From: Tubiluchus corallicola
Lineage: Eukaryota; Animalia; Priapulida
Length of the DNA: 64,000 nucleotides
Direction: 5' to 3'
NCBI GenBank assembly: GCA_030141605.1
Contig: JAQGDQ010000191.1
Coordinates: 186,001 to 250,000 of the forward strand
The position numbers and the translations under genes are program-made. Each line of letters opens with the position of its first letter. Within the stretch, counting starts at the first letter, position 1. Positions 1 to 15,007 of this stretch are shown piece by piece. Under the pieces are notes generated by a model. It was given only the letters and a program-made list of their open reading frames with translations, searched no databases and had not been told where the DNA came from.

Positions 1-364
1 TATCATACTTGAATAACGTTTCTTCTAAACGTCATTTATGGCAACAAAACAAACACACGTTTTGGTACTCTTTACTTGAATGACAGTAACAGGTGACAAT
101 TGTAAATCATTATGAAATTACAATCAACAATAACCTGTCAATGACCATTAAATAATGGTGATCCAAGGCTGAGTATGAGTAACTACAATGTCATCGTATT
201 GCATAAAAACATGCCACAGTTAAATTACAGCGCTTAGTGGCAGTTTTGACAAAAATCAAAGAAGAAAATGCACAATAATGCATAATGTTTGAAAAAGAAA
301 GTGTGACACCACTGAGAGTTTTTGGTCATCCAACAGGCTGCACAACAATAAATTACATATTAGT

Positions 365-3300
365 TTATTTAGTATAAAAAGATCTAAATACCTGGTTGCG
401 CTTTTTTATACTATTGCTGAATTTTTGCAACTCCAGAACTCTTTCGCTACTCAGCCGTTGAACAGTTTGTAATCTCTGCTCTTCTTTCTCCTTCATGACG
501 CTATCAATCTTATCCAAATCATTCGTCAACTCGTTTAGTTTCTGTTGCAGTTCTTCAGTACTGCCAGTCTGAGCAATCCTACTTCTGAAAACTTTGCTTC
601 TCTTGCTGGGTTTAGAGACCAGCTTACTAGATTTTATTCTTAGTTGATTTTGTTCCAGTTGCTTCTGCACACTTTCCACCTGTGATAAATATAAAAGTTG
701 CGCTTGCGTTTGAAATAGCAAATTAATTTATGAAATCCTGCCTCCTTTAACGCCAACAGATTGATTTTTGCCTTTGGTTGCAAAAACATCACACAACTGA
801 CTGTGACAACCTCATTAAACAGAAAAATAGCAGTTGAATTTAGATTGAAATTAGTCTGATCTGCCAGCAAGGTGACCGGCTCATTTGTAGGCAAGAAAAG
901 ACGGAAACAGATGAACAGGTTTCTTCCAGCTAATTATCTCTTTAGAAAAACAAGTCAATACCTAGATATATTGTAATTAGGAGTTTGCAGAACCTAAAGC
1001 GGCTAAAGATATCAACGCCAGCTGGATACTAAATCGGCTTTTATTAATGCTCGTCGAATTCCTATGATGCGTTGTTATGTGGCACAGAATCGTAAGCAGC
1101 TCCTTTACTTGGGAAATGTTATTAGAAAATTTTTATTCCTCTTCTTGTTACACCTGATTCTACTGCAAATGATTTTCAACCGAGAACACTGCTCGTTACT
1201 GCACTAGGTCATAGGAACATAGAAAAAACAAAGGTCAAAAGTCGAAGAGCGCATCTTCTCTTGTCACTTTTTTTTACATGTTTGGTACCTCAATTTCGTA
1301 GCACCTACAAAAAGTGGCTATTAAAAATTAAGCTTATGCTAATTTTCGTTCTAAATAGGACTCTTTCCAAAACACAATTATACGAGCTCAAATTTGTATT
1401 TTTATTCAGCTGCGTAAAAATGTGTCCCATTTCATGCAAAGTAGTTACTGTTTCCCGATGTAAGTCCGCTGAGTCCTCATGAGGGTAATGGTAGTAGCTT
1501 TACGCTTACAGTACTACATGTGATTATGTATACAGCACTACATAGTATTATTATTATTTTTTTATTTTTTTATTTTTTTTTATTATTATTATTATCATTA
1601 TTGTTGTTATTATTATTATTATTATCATCAATTCTTTCTGAGTAATGTATGCCATGCCATTTCACGCTAAGAACTATTGATATACAGCGTTCAGTAGTTT
1701 TTTGCCATTACTGCAACTGAATTTCTAACAGGTGTGTGACACTCATATTGATAAAAAAAGATATAACAATAGAGAAACACCATATAGAAATTTTTTACCC
1801 TCAGCAACGTAGAAACTCGTCGCTGCCGAAGCTGAGTTAAATCTCTCAAAGTTTTCCTTTCTTCCTCTGTTTGAGCTCGCTCATACTTGATGTTAATATC
1901 GTGCTCTGTAAGCTGGCAGAAAAAAAGGTGAGAACATTAAACCACGAGATATGAAAATTTCAAATGCGTGGCAGCTAGTAAGGACACGCAGCACACTTAA
2001 ATGTAATAAGGTGTGAGAACAAAAATTTGAGATCAAAATAGAAATCAACAAAAGAGATCACGTTATATAGGCTTAGGAAAGTCAGTTGACTTTGTTCTTA
2101 GCTCACTCAGACATATATCCCGCATTATTGATTACAGCAGAGTAAATGACTAGTTAAATGGTGGGCTAATTAAGTGGCTGGCAAGCCGACAGACTAATTT
2201 ACTGACAGACTGCTTGGCTGATTGCCTAACTGACTGGCTGACTACCTGGCAGATTTGCTAACTGACGGATTGACTGACTGACTTACTGATTGACTTGACT
2301 AGCAACTAACTGACTTATTGACTAATTGGCTAACAACGTAGTTTGCTTAACGAAAGAATGGTACTAGCGCAAGTGACTAGCTGGTTTGTTACTTAGTTAA
2401 CTGATGATGAAATGAACCGCTGAATGCACTATGACTGATTGACTGACTCACCGAATAAAAGAGCTTAATTAATTCTCTGGCTAAATTACATTTAAAAGCA
2501 AAATCATATTCACAAACACAAACGGAGTGGTACAGCTAAAGCCGGCTGTTAATGGCTGGTCGCGTTTTCTTTCATGACTCATTAAATTGCTTGCCTGACT
2601 GCTTCATTCAGTTGCACGTGAGTCCAGGAAGCTAGATTCAAACCGTTCCTGTAGCATTTTTACAACGTATAATAGTAAATTCTGTTACCTAGGGAGATTA
2701 AACCAATAAATTTCTGAGGTTTAATAAAAGATTTTGTTCTAGAAAGCAAGTGAAAAGAAAGTAAGTATAGAAATCACCTGAGAATCTTCCAGTCGACCTT
2801 GTTTAGCTTCGAGTTCAGCCTTTTGACGCAAGACCTCTTTTAAGAGTTGATCTCTCTTCAAGGTCAGTAGCTCCTGATCCCACATCGACCCCTTTTCACT
2901 TGTGTCGTCACCTTCCACGCCATCAAAATTATCTGTATGCACAAAGGTACGATAATGAAGTGTTACAATTCTGTAAAATTCTGTAAACTCAGCTCAGTCA
3001 TTATCACATATTTTTTTACTGACACCAAAATTTGTTATTGTAAACTTTTTCCTTGTCAAAGATTGTAAATAATAATTTTATGATCAATAAACTGCTGCTG
3101 CTGCTGCTGCTGCTACTACTACTACTGCCATTACCACTGCTACTGCTACTACTACTACCGGTGTTCAAGTAACACAGTTGTAGAAGTTCCACAGTTTTAA
3201 AAACTACTTCAAGTTTCTAGTTCTTTAATAATAAAAGGAATCAAAAGTTACAAATTCCTCTGTGACAAAAGGAACTAATTAAACTTCCTATAGTTTCTCT

Positions 3301-6300
3301 GACTCATCACTCCATGAAGCAAATCACTTTACAGCCAAGTAATATACATCTGTTCGTAGCACCCAACAGGCCCGAGGTTCTGCTAGAAGCGGATAAGCAC
3401 GAATCCTAATTAATATCTAATCTCCAACAAAACTACTTAATAGAAAACTGTAAAAGAAAACAAGCCCAGGAAAGAGTTCTTGGTTAGTAACGTTTAGGTA
3501 CTAACTATCTTTTTAAAAAATTAAAATGCGGGAATACATTTAAGCAAAATTAAGACCCGTTGCGCTATAATTTTTGAGTCGTCTTTGCATCCGTCACCTT
3601 TTTGACGTTTGATGAAAGGTTGACACATTGTCATATAAATAACATATTTTGATGCTGTCTGTGTATTTTTAAGCTATGTCGATCTTTCAGTATCTACTTG
3701 CCAGGTTCTACTGGCACATTTTGGGGCTTTGTTAGGTATCTCACGTCTAGATACACTGAGATACTTGGTAGGTCTCAACGACATGGCTGTCGGAAACGCT
3801 TAATTTTACCACTCGAGACAAAAATCAAGCCGAAGCTGGTTTAAGCACAATGTTGGAAAAACTCTTAATGTTATTACGATGAATGGTTAATTTTATTTCC
3901 TCGAAAATATTTTGGTTGATTTTAACGATTAAATTGAATGTTTTTAACTTTTAACTTTATGTAAAAAGTATGAATTTTGTAAAAATAGGCGGGAGAGCAA
4001 AACTTCGGCGACTGAATGCCCGGAATTCAATTACTTGCGCATTTTCGACACAAACAAATGCTGAATTGAGTTTAAATTTTCTAAATGTATGTACTTTTAC
4101 TTTTATAACGAAAACAAGAACAAGTAATTAAATTATGCACATAATTACTGATGAATATTACATTTTTACGATGACGATGAAACAAGAGTAATTAGTACAT
4201 GTGTAGTAATAAAGGCTTACTGGTCTATTATAAGAGAACTACGTTTTAGTTCTACGTTTTAGTAAAGAGAAAAGAAATTACAATGTGACTAAATTACGAC
4301 ATGATATATATATATATATATGAAGGAAGCCTAACTCAGCTAATTACATGGTCAATTGGGCACGATGCCAACTATACTATAGACTTGAATGACAGTTACA
4401 TGGGTAATTGACTATAATGCAAATTTAACACTACGTTTACATTCAAGAACCGGTTTGCAAGGGTAGATAAATGCACATAGGGTAAAAAACACTTTAACTC
4501 GAGATATGCCATACTGGCGTAGTTCTCGACAACGACAAGCTAATTTAAAAATGGTGTGCGTCCACTAATCATGACATTTTGAAACACATCTAAAGCCAAA
4601 CATCGTTTCACTTGCAGAGTGTAGTGTGCACTGACCTTTAACCTATGATTTAAATAAGTTTTGACTGCAATATCTTAACACAAATTCTTCCGGACTATTC
4701 AGCATTTCTTTGACTTGACTTTCGTAACTTTTGTAATTTACTAACGACACCTATGCAACATTTATAGAGCATGTCTAAACTAATAATTCCTTTTGACAAA
4801 TCATCACTGACATATTACTTAGCAATTGGCATTGCTCAACTGCAAACTAAAGTGTCGGAAACAGCTGGCGTAAAACTCGTAGATGTCATGTAATAACGCC
4901 ACCCAGTGGAATTTACGAGAAGCTTACCCATACTTCTGCTGAGATGAAATCCCCCAGCTTTTCTCTCTCGGGGAGGTGAACAGGAGGTACTGCGAAGGAG
5001 AACTCGTCCGTGCACATCCAGTAGCACTTTCTTTTCTTCCTTCTCTGTGACATCACACTGGACAGACGGGGCGCTCTGAAGTTAATTAGCAAAACGAAAT
5101 TGCATCTTTGTTATAATTGTTAATTTATTACCTATTTTTAAAAGCAAATAAGGTTGTCAAGGTGCATCGAGATTTTTAGCAACTTATGTTCTTAAGTGAA
5201 CAACTATGTGAACAGCTATAAACTTACTACTTCCTGTATTGCAAAAGTTAATAAACTTAGCTGCAGGTGAACTCGTGGAGTTAAATCAAAGACAAGTAAT
5301 AAAACTGCGGCATGTTAGCTACTCTGGGAAAATCAGGTATTATCTAAGATACATTATGTCAAAACTATTAATATTTAAAACAAAACTATTAATATTTAAA
5401 AGATATGAATGTGCACTATGAATACAATGTGTACTAAGCCTCGAGGCAAGATGAATAGCCGAGAGGTGATGGCGTGTGCTTTGTTACGAACAGAAGTGAA
5501 GAATGAATCAAGAAACTAGTCAATGAATGAATAAGTGACTGCTGCGTTCTATACTCGTTCTCTGCAGTTTTAGTCACCACATAGGTTGTGACTATTTAGT
5601 GCTTACCTCAATGCGAAGACACCTCTTCCGGTTCAGTAGTTCATCTTAGAGGCATGGCCTTGATAAATAAGCCAAATTCCGCATCGAAAATCCACATTGA
5701 GCAGACCCTGCCAGGCTGCCATTGAACACTGGATTTCGGTATACTTGTAGTATATACCGAACTGTATAAAATCTAGTTTTTCGCCAACACTGGATTTGAA
5801 GATTTAAGGATTGCATAGAAAGCAGAATGTTATTTGGACTATATTCAAACACATGTTAAATTGTTGATAAGATGCTGTATTTTTCATTTAAAGTATTTGT
5901 CAAACAGAATTATGTAGCAGTCAAGCGATGCAAAATGCTTAATTTACTCGAGCACACACAAGCAAGCAATGTAAACCAACAAATTTTTACCTTGCCGTAC
6001 AAAGCCGACTCGTGTTTACCTTACACATTACCTTACAATATTAAACCTTGCAGTTGACGTTACCATAATTAAAGGCGATATTAAAATTGATGTCTTCCAT
6101 CTCTTCTCATTTGTAGCTACATTAGTCAAGGATTGGATCAAAGTACGCTGCTCACTCATGATGGATTATGAAATCAATTATCATAACAGCACATGCTGCA
6201 GTGTCTTCTGAGAATGACAAATCGTATAAAATTCTAAAATTCATAACGAAGGAAAGCCGTAATCGATACAAGTAAAGAGCTGATTAATGGCGCAGATGGT

Positions 6301-9300
6301 GTCATTTATAAATAGTCTCGCGGTCGCACAAATTTTAATTAAAACAGTTACCGGTTTGTTTTAAAAGCATTTCACAGCCGCGTTTTGATATACGTTACAA
6401 AAATCAACGAATCTTTTAGGAGAACCTACTTCATGAACTAACTGTTATTCTTACATATTTTTTCCATCTTACTAACTGGTTTCAGTATTTTTAAGTCAGA
6501 TTATTAACATTTTAGAATATATTATATAATTTTTCGCGAAAAAACGATCACGATATATTGGTCCACATTCATACTTTGTGCACACAAACGACAAAGTTTA
6601 AGAAATTGTTTTTAATATGCTTCCAAAACCCATTTAAAATGTGTCCTGTTGTACACTAATTAAGTGTGTCCAAACTGCCCACCACCTACAGTTATTATCT
6701 CCATGATGATATAATATTCATAAGCAATTACATAGTCCAACAACGTCTTATAAATAGAAAGCTTAAGGGATTATTTACTATCAACTTGGTAAATTAAACT
6801 TCAGTTGAATAATTCAAATCTTGCTCTAGGGCAATGTAACACTTGTTCACCCTCACTGAACATAAAATAGTCAATGAAAACTGCTACGTCAGCAATTATT
6901 TCAGGTTTTTAATAAGCATTAGCTTTGCTTACGTGATGTCGCAAACATCTACTGATCAGTAATATTATTCTCATGTTCAATATTTGCGGCAACAACATGA
7001 ATTTCTCAAGAATTGTTAGATACAGCCCGAACTGGAAATTCTTGAATTACCAATTTCTGGAGGCAAAAACATTTTGAACACTAATCCACTCTGTTACAAG
7101 ATACGTAGCATTAAATGTTTTCGCCCACAACAAAATTTTCGACCACTTTAATCATAACAAAAACGCAAGTATTTAATACAAAATCATCGTGGAAAATACG
7201 AGTAGCAACCAGTAAGCTATTGGAATTTTCCTTGGACGAACCGAAAATTAATAATGTCAAATCTTTGCAGTGTAAAACTTGAGCGGGTCTCTGATTTGGT
7301 GGAGAGTACTTGTCGTCTTTTAATAAAATTTTACTTTCCAGATTTTATATTAAATTTAGCTTCCTCGGTAACCAGCCTCTTATTACGTGTGCAGAATTGA
7401 GGGCGAGTGTGATTAAATTGGCGAGGATGAAAATTATTAATGTCATATATGGCTTCACAATAGCACGCAATAAATCCTAATTAGAGACAAACAACAGCAC
7501 AAACTGTGTGCCACTGAGGAAATCAGTATGTACAAGATAACCTTGCTTCATACGTTTGTTGATGACATACACTTTACAGATAGAAAGAATTGCACTTTAA
7601 CAATACATGACCTAACTAATAGTCTTCAAACAATTAGTTAGGTCATTAGATAAACCTCAATAGCAGGTTTGATAACGTCATACAAATCACTTGCAGATTT
7701 AGAATTACGCAATCGATAAAACTTGAACTTAATGACAGACGTCAATCTTATAAAACCAACATGCAGTTGGAAACCAACGCAAAGCAAATGGAAAGTGTGT
7801 TTTTCATTTATTAACACCAAAAATATGCTTTTGAATGGCTTCATCTGCTATTCTGACCATTTTATTTATTTCGTTAAAGGAAGTTATGTATACAAATCTA
7901 CTACAAGTTTTATTATCCTGGATTCTAACTTGCAGAACGCTAAATTGTAAGAACAAATTTGTATCTAAAGGAACGTACAGGAACGTACAAGTTACATAAT
8001 TTACGCGTATATTGATCAGTATGAACAGTATAAAGCAACTGGTCAGCTTTTTTCGTGTTAACTAATTATTCAAAATGACTCACCTGGCAAGATACTGAAG
8101 ACATTCCACTAGTTGACCGCTCCCGCAGCGGTGGAACGAGCCGTCCGTTGACTGTTATCGTTGCCAGCGACTGCGTGTTAACGCTTTCAATTGCGGAGGT
8201 GTGGCCAGGTTCCTTTTGAGGACATATGGTCAAACTTTGGCCATTAGGTTTAGCCTCCCTTGACCTCCGTCTTGGGGTAGTACAATACGCCTCAACTGAC
8301 TGACTTTCTAACACTGGGACGGTGCGCGTCAGTTCCTTGTAAACTGCACTGGAAACTGGAGTTAGTTTAGAGTTCGCCTCTTGTGGACACCGGTCGGATA
8401 TGTCCTCAGTAATCTCACATCCATTATTTCTCAACACTGACAACCACCTTTCCATGTCCAGATTATTGGGCGGCGCAAAACAAAATTGGAAACCGGTGGG
8501 TAACATGATTTTAAACGCACTTCCAACTTGTTTTTCATCATCAACTAGAGTCACGCAACATCCTCGAAGATCAATAAAAACTGTTGGCGCTTCACTAATG
8601 TCTGAGGTTTTATACATGAAATAACCGCGATCTTTCAGCACACAGTAAACTTTCCCCCATCCAGCCATCCCCTTATAGTATAAATAATCTGATACGTCCA
8701 TGTCTCTAGCTTGAGTATTGTGTAAGTTTGACGAAGTTGCCAAGTCGGCTGCTTGCCCACTGCGCAGCTTACTGCGTTTAATTGCGCTGGATTGACTGAG
8801 TGGCGGTTTAGCGCTGCGTCGTGAAAACGGAACAGATTTTATGTCATCGTCGCTGTCACCGTCAGAACCGCCATGCTTTGTCTGATCGCGAAAACGAATA
8901 ATCATCTTACCTTCGTTGGTAAATACATCATCAACGTTCGTCTGATTGTGTGCTGCCCGTCTTACACCTTGATTAACTTCAGGTGAAGAGGTAACTTCAC
9001 AAGAATACTCAGACGAATCGTCACCGTAATAATCCGATGAATCCCTCCTGCTTTTCCTCACGCGCGGCAACTTAAATGAATTACCAAAATGATCAACGGA
9101 TTATCGTGAAGAGCACTGTCACTTAGGTCACCATAGTACTCAGACGGCACTACAGCCAAGGTAGTCTTTCCGCCCATCTTGCCAGAAAGTGCGCTTTCTA
9201 ATGTGCCTATGTCTGGATCCAAACAACAAGCGATTTTTAGCAACGAGACCCATTTGTCCAGCTCCAGTTGGGTGGAGGTGCTAAATTTATACTTATGTCC

Positions 9301-10289
9301 ATAATTGTCATTTTCTATGACGAATTGGAACATGTCCAGGTCGTCCATAGTCTTACTGCAGCGGTTAGATTTTCCTATGGTGCATATGCTTGCTGTTCTA
9401 AAAATGAGCGATTTTACACTATGCCCTGGAAGGATAATCGCCATTGATGCCTTATCGCACAACTCATTGTCAAAAATACAGAACAATAAGTCACTGAGCA
9501 CGCACCACCTTGAACAACTGCCATTGCCGTTTGGGGACTTTTCTGCCAGACGTCCTACGTAATCTGGATAGATGAGTTCTGAACGCGTGGCTTCCACAAC
9601 TGAGGTACCTTTCTTCAGGGCTCGTTGAATGCGCCTCCAAAGTGTCGGTGCAAATGAGGAACGCCTTGCAAGTGTTACCTGACATATGATGTGACAATGA
9701 TATAAATGAATAATTATCTAATGAAATATACAAATGGGCAAGCAGTCATGTTTTTAGACCCTCAGGCTGCATGTCACTAAACACAATAGTCACTTGTCCC
9801 ATTGCTCTCGGTTTAATGCTCCCAGGCGAATGGTCCATTATTTTAAATATTTTTACTCTTGCTTTGCCTGGTTAAGTTAGAAGCATTACAAAATTCTAGA
9901 TGTTATCTAAGTTGTTCAAAGAAAAAGTAATTTCTAGAAATATCATTGTTATTTGCATTTAATGTATTAGGTGCATCATAACATTATAACATTTTAGAAT
10001 CAGGCAAGTAGCTGTCTGAACACACAAACTTTTTACACATACGAATGTAAAATTCGTTAATAAATTTAATAACGAATGTTAATAAAAGATCTAATAAAAA
10101 TAAGGATAAAAATGAAAAAGGTACCTTAGGAGATTTTGGCAACAAAACGAAGTAGTCGATGCATCTGAAAACGCTAGGATTACAGAATGTGGAAGTCAAC
10201 TTTCTGACAGATGGTTGACTAGTTTCTTTCATCTGCAACCACCAAATGAGACATGTTAAGATTATCGCCAGAACGAGCCAGAACACCAT
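365..10289 (-). CDS. Tandem-PH-domain, C-terminal coiled-coil adaptor protein (AFAP1/XB130-like) with N-terminal hydrophobic segment, about 830 aa; contains one frame break near 9061-9100
   Basis: Phase-consistent GT-AG exons (minus): 10289-10125 (MVFWLVLAIILTCLIWWLQ...PKSPK), 9678-8084 (PH1 DYVGRL..RWCVL..IILPGHSV..ELDKWVSLL; PH2 DYLYYK..WGKVYCVLKD..IDLRGCCV..DMERWLSVL), 5075-4928, 2932-2778, 1912-1799, 679-365 (a possible further donor at 391 could extend the gene out of the window). The last three exons are heptad-rich (QELLTLKRDQLLKEVLRQKAELEAKQ; EELQQKLNELTNDLDKID). AFAP resemblance is from memory of the PH2 motif IPLRGCEV/DMGRW. Confidence 0.75.
1546..1628. repeat. Imperfect (ATT)n/T-rich microsatellite
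   Basis: Directly visible. Confidence 0.85.
2150..2450. repeat. Degenerate (GACT)n tetranucleotide repeat
   Basis: Runs of TGACTGACTGAC, CTAACTGAC and TGGCTGAC within an intron. Confidence 0.65.
3092..3157. repeat. Compound (CTG)n(CTA)n microsatellite
   Basis: Directly visible. Confidence 0.9.
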
Positions 10290-10645
10290 CTCTACAGGAT
10301 TTACGTTAAGCCACAATAATAAATCAACGTTCAAATTGGTGAATCAAAACTGCGTCAGATACTACAGTTCAATATGTTCCTGCATAATCATGAAGCCAAG
10401 TCATTTCTGTGCACAGATTGTGTGTCCCGAGGATGTACAGTATGAAAAACACTTTTTAAAAAATAAAATCAGGAAGTTATAAATTGTTCTTTTGTTTCGC
10501 TTTTTGTTTAAGTTACTTCTTACTTTCTCTCTATCCTCTTTTTATTTCAGTCATCCTTATATCAGTTTTACCCATTCTCTTTCTCTTCTTTTTTCTCTCT
10601 TTCACTCTCACTCTCTCAGCGTTTCTGCTTCATCTCCCGCTGCCT

Positions 10646-10745
<100 letters not shown>

Positions 10746-12595
10746 GTGTCTCTTTTGTTTCCTCTTTACCTTTTTTTCTCCTTCTTCCTCTCTCTTCCTC
10801 TCCTCTTTTTGTCAGTCTATCATTTTCTCTCCCCCATGCCTCGATTTATCTATCTATCTATCTATCAGCTATCTCTCTGTCTTAACCTCCTTTTCGTCTC
10901 CATTTCATTAATTCTTCTTTTCGTTTGTTTCACACGGTCACCTCAGTCGTGGCCAAAAAACTCGGGTAAGCACTATAACACTATAACGCGCGGCACAGAT
11001 CCCATTATCTCAAGCAGTTATTATAGAATCACATTTCAGTCAGAGCGTCTCGTAGAAGACGTATCATGTTCTCCTTATAAAAGCTTCCGTTTGCCTTTCC
11101 TGTCCATTACATAAACAAGGGCGGTTCAACAATGCAGCTGGGGTACATCAGGAAACAGATATTTCTACAACACATTTGTCTTAAAATCAATCTGTCAACG
11201 CTTATGCTTTAAATTTCTCCGACTGACTTTATAATAATCAATTATTTACTGTTATCATTATCAAGATCATCATCATCATCATCACTAGCGTTATCTGGTT
11301 TTGTGACATGTGTTTAGTTTCAGGGCAAAATTCATTACATGTATTTGCACTATTTAGTATTAGAATTTGTAAGTATTTGTTACATTAAGTTAAATACAAA
11401 GAATCATCATATGTAGAAATAAGAAAATGTATAAAAGTGTACACTTAAAAACGTTCATAACATCTATTTTATAACAAATAAATGTAAGTCTAAATTGTAG
11501 GAAATTCTGAAAATACACAGCAACTAAAAATAATTATTAACAAGTCTCATTGAAAGGAGGCTGTCTTCCCCAAAATGGATCCACAGGGTGAAAATATTTA
11601 CAATACTTTGAGAAACACTAACAGAAGCATTCCACTTATCGTCTATCTTAAATACAGTTTGATTACAGAAATCAGAATGGTCCCAAACGTCGATGTGGAC
11701 CGTGTTAATACTGTAGTGCGCAACACCACAGTTACTGTATGCAAAACGTTGTTATAAGCCCACAGCAATAAACTATGCACGAAATTGAGCTGTTCAGTAA
11801 ACGTATATACATGTATAATAGTTTTTGGATTGCTAGTGCCAATGTACTTAGCTGGAAATCAACTAGCGAAACATGTCACAACTCAACAGCGCGGCGAACT
11901 GCAGATCCCCCCCCCACATTCTTCCCTCAATAAAGGGGTCAGAATGTCAGCTTCCACAAATACTGACGCACCGTCTTTTTTCTTCTTCGAGTAGGTCATC
12001 TGTTATTCAGAGGCAGGTATACATGTACCTTACAATCTCTCTGAAAGAAGTGGATACAATGTCTCTTTTGTATCAAGCTGTGTGGAGCTGAAAACAGCTT
12101 AACCAGACGAACAAGCTAAAATTAATGTCATTCAACGCCTGAGGGACTTTAATGAATTTTGAGTACAGCGTTTGTGGAAGCATTCTCAGGCGCTCAAGGC
12201 TAATTTGACGTTCAAGGATTAGTCAGCGTATGTGTGAAAAGGTGAAGATCATTCTGTGCGGTCCAGAAATTTCAGCGGTTGAAAGCTTTTCGTAAAAAAG
12301 ACATTCGTTTCCGTAAAAACGCCGGTTTAATATTCAAAGCCTACTAAACGTGAAAGATCTACAACTTCGGATTTCTTCGGATTTATACATATATAAATAT
12401 AACAATAGGCACTAATTATATATATATATATTCTGTATAAAGCTTGCTTTAGCAAAAAATGTAAAGATAACGTGTATACGTGCACAAATATAGATTTGTG
12501 CATTTCTGTAACAATTTAAGACTGGAGCTTAATTTCAACAACATATATTAAAGTTGTGGCTGAAGGGACCTGAAAATGGCAATAAATAAAGATTT

Positions 12596-12627
<32 letters not shown>
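12596..12627. repeat. (CAT)n microsatellite
   Basis: Directly visible. Confidence 0.9.
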
Positions 12628-15007
12628 ATGCTCCCAAACTATAATATCAGGTATTATATACTATATTAAACAATCAAGGGAACGCAACATCGTATAGTAG
12701 GCTGCTGAAAGACCAAGTTTTCCTCGTTCTTGACCCGCACTAAACCATTTTCCTCAACCCGTTACTTAAAATACGAGGGTCATTTGATATCAGCAAAGCA
12801 AATCATTTCTTTTTCTTCTTTTCACTCCATTACTAAAATCTACGAGTGTCTCAGGTTGTTAAGTCACAACCTACAAACTTGGTTCAAACAAAGCAGAAAT
12901 GTAGAATTGATTGAATCTCGACAGTGCCTTAGTCCAAACCAATATGCGTAATCCAGGCCGGATTATTTTTCAAAAATGCAGGCAACTTTATATAGTCAAA
13001 GTGACTGTCAATCAATGGCGTGTGTGCTTTTGTGCTTTATATTTGATTCTAGAGTTAAGCTTGACAGTTGTTCACTCTTTCAATTAAATTAGCTTTTCTA
13101 TTCGCATTATTCTCACATCAGCAAACGATTTCCGATTTTCAGTAAATCTCACATTTCATAGCAGTGGCAATAACATTTTACAGGCTTCGCTTTTCAATTG
13201 TGGCTGGTTTATGAGATTGAGACTTCCTCAACAGGAACATTCGAATGTCGCCCAAGTTCAATTAATCCAAACGCCCTTTGTTTGTATTTTGCGTTTGTTT
13301 ACCAGTTTATTTCACGAACTAAAACTTCAGAATTTAAGAACTTCACGAACTAAGGCACAATGTTTAATTCTTAGTTTGTACTGTCCAAATATAATGAGAT
13401 TCTAATTTCCAAGATTTTGAATGTAGTATAGTAAGTTTACAACGTTTTGCTGAATAACCTGAAGTATAAAACTACTTTCTGCTCTCAGAAACTGTTCAAC
13501 AATCTCTAACTTTGAACTGTAACTTCAAAACTGACACTTGGAAATGTTTGATGATTTGAGAAAAGTTATTATAGATATATACTACGTGTATAAAAAAATC
13601 CTTACTAAAAAAATTGAAAAGACAGTAAATAGACCGTTGTGTACGATTTTCTGTGCTGCACCACAGGCGTTTTTAATGCAAATTGTCCAGTTGGTAATAT
13701 TTTGTTTTTTGTTATTGTCGTTATTATTGTTGTTGTTGTTTTTCCATGCTCTTTCATGTTCTATATATATAATTTTTATGATTGGTGCTTACACTTCTTA
13801 ACTGAGTTACAAATTGTAAAATAAAAAATGGTATTTACTCGAGTTTTGTGTCCTTTCCTTTTTTCCTTTTACCAGTAGATAGTGCATATACGGCATGATG
13901 TGCTGAAATTCGCGCTTTTCGATAACAGCTACAATTTCTTTTCTTTTTTCGATACATAATAATCATTTGCGTGTTTTCGCTAAATTCTGGCAAAATCACA
14001 AAGCAGGTACATCTCATAGTCTACAATCACACTTCAACTTTTGAACCACCGTGTACACATTTTGCCCCAGCAAACGATTTCGTTCACTTTTGTCACACAT
14101 TGTAAATTTTCAACAAGAAACAAGTATGCGGATATTTACCTTTACCTATACAGATTTCGTTTATGAACAATAGAGAATCACAATGGCAAGGAAAAGAATG
14201 AGAAAATATGAGAAATCCGTTGTCTTGCAAAGTAAAGCTTGGTTGAGCTGTATAGAAATTTCTAGTTTAATTTGTACATTACTGTGTGCGTATACGGACC
14301 GCCTTTCCAAACTTGGCTGAAAAGTAATTGCAACATTTGTGATTAGAAAAAAATCTAGATTTGCCCCCTAGGACCCATGTATAGGGCCTGCAAAGTTGCG
14401 ATACAGCACTACTATTATTGTGTAATAAAAGCTTTCAAAATGTCTTCCATGATTGTTACAAAGCTGCTATATTATTTATATCAAATACGATAACGTATCG
14501 ATAACGATTATTGAACAATCTTTAAAACCAGCTGGCATTTAATTTTTGTTCCTGGGAAATGAAGAGTGGCCAATCACTCCAAGTTTCAAATCATCATGAT
14601 TATGTATTTACAATCAACAACATGTATTATATGTACAATTTATATCATAGGCTACGCTAGAATTTTATAAAACTGACTGCCCCAAAATTATATCAAAAAA
14701 TCGGATGTCGTGACACAATCGCACAAAGAATTATCATTGCTCTATTGCATTTAGTTAACTTGAATTTCTGAAGCTTAACGTCAATTTTTGAAAGGACAAC
14801 GTACATTGAACTCGACTAGAAAGCTTAATAGAAATGAACAATAATCATTGACGACCGCGAAGACCTGTGCACGGTAAAAATGGCACAGACTAAAATAGCA
14901 CGCATAATATGACGCAGAAAAACATGACACAGAGAAGGGAACAAGGGTAAAATATGAGTTTAGGATTAGAATTGCTGTTACTATTAAAGATAATTATTTT
15001 AATCATT

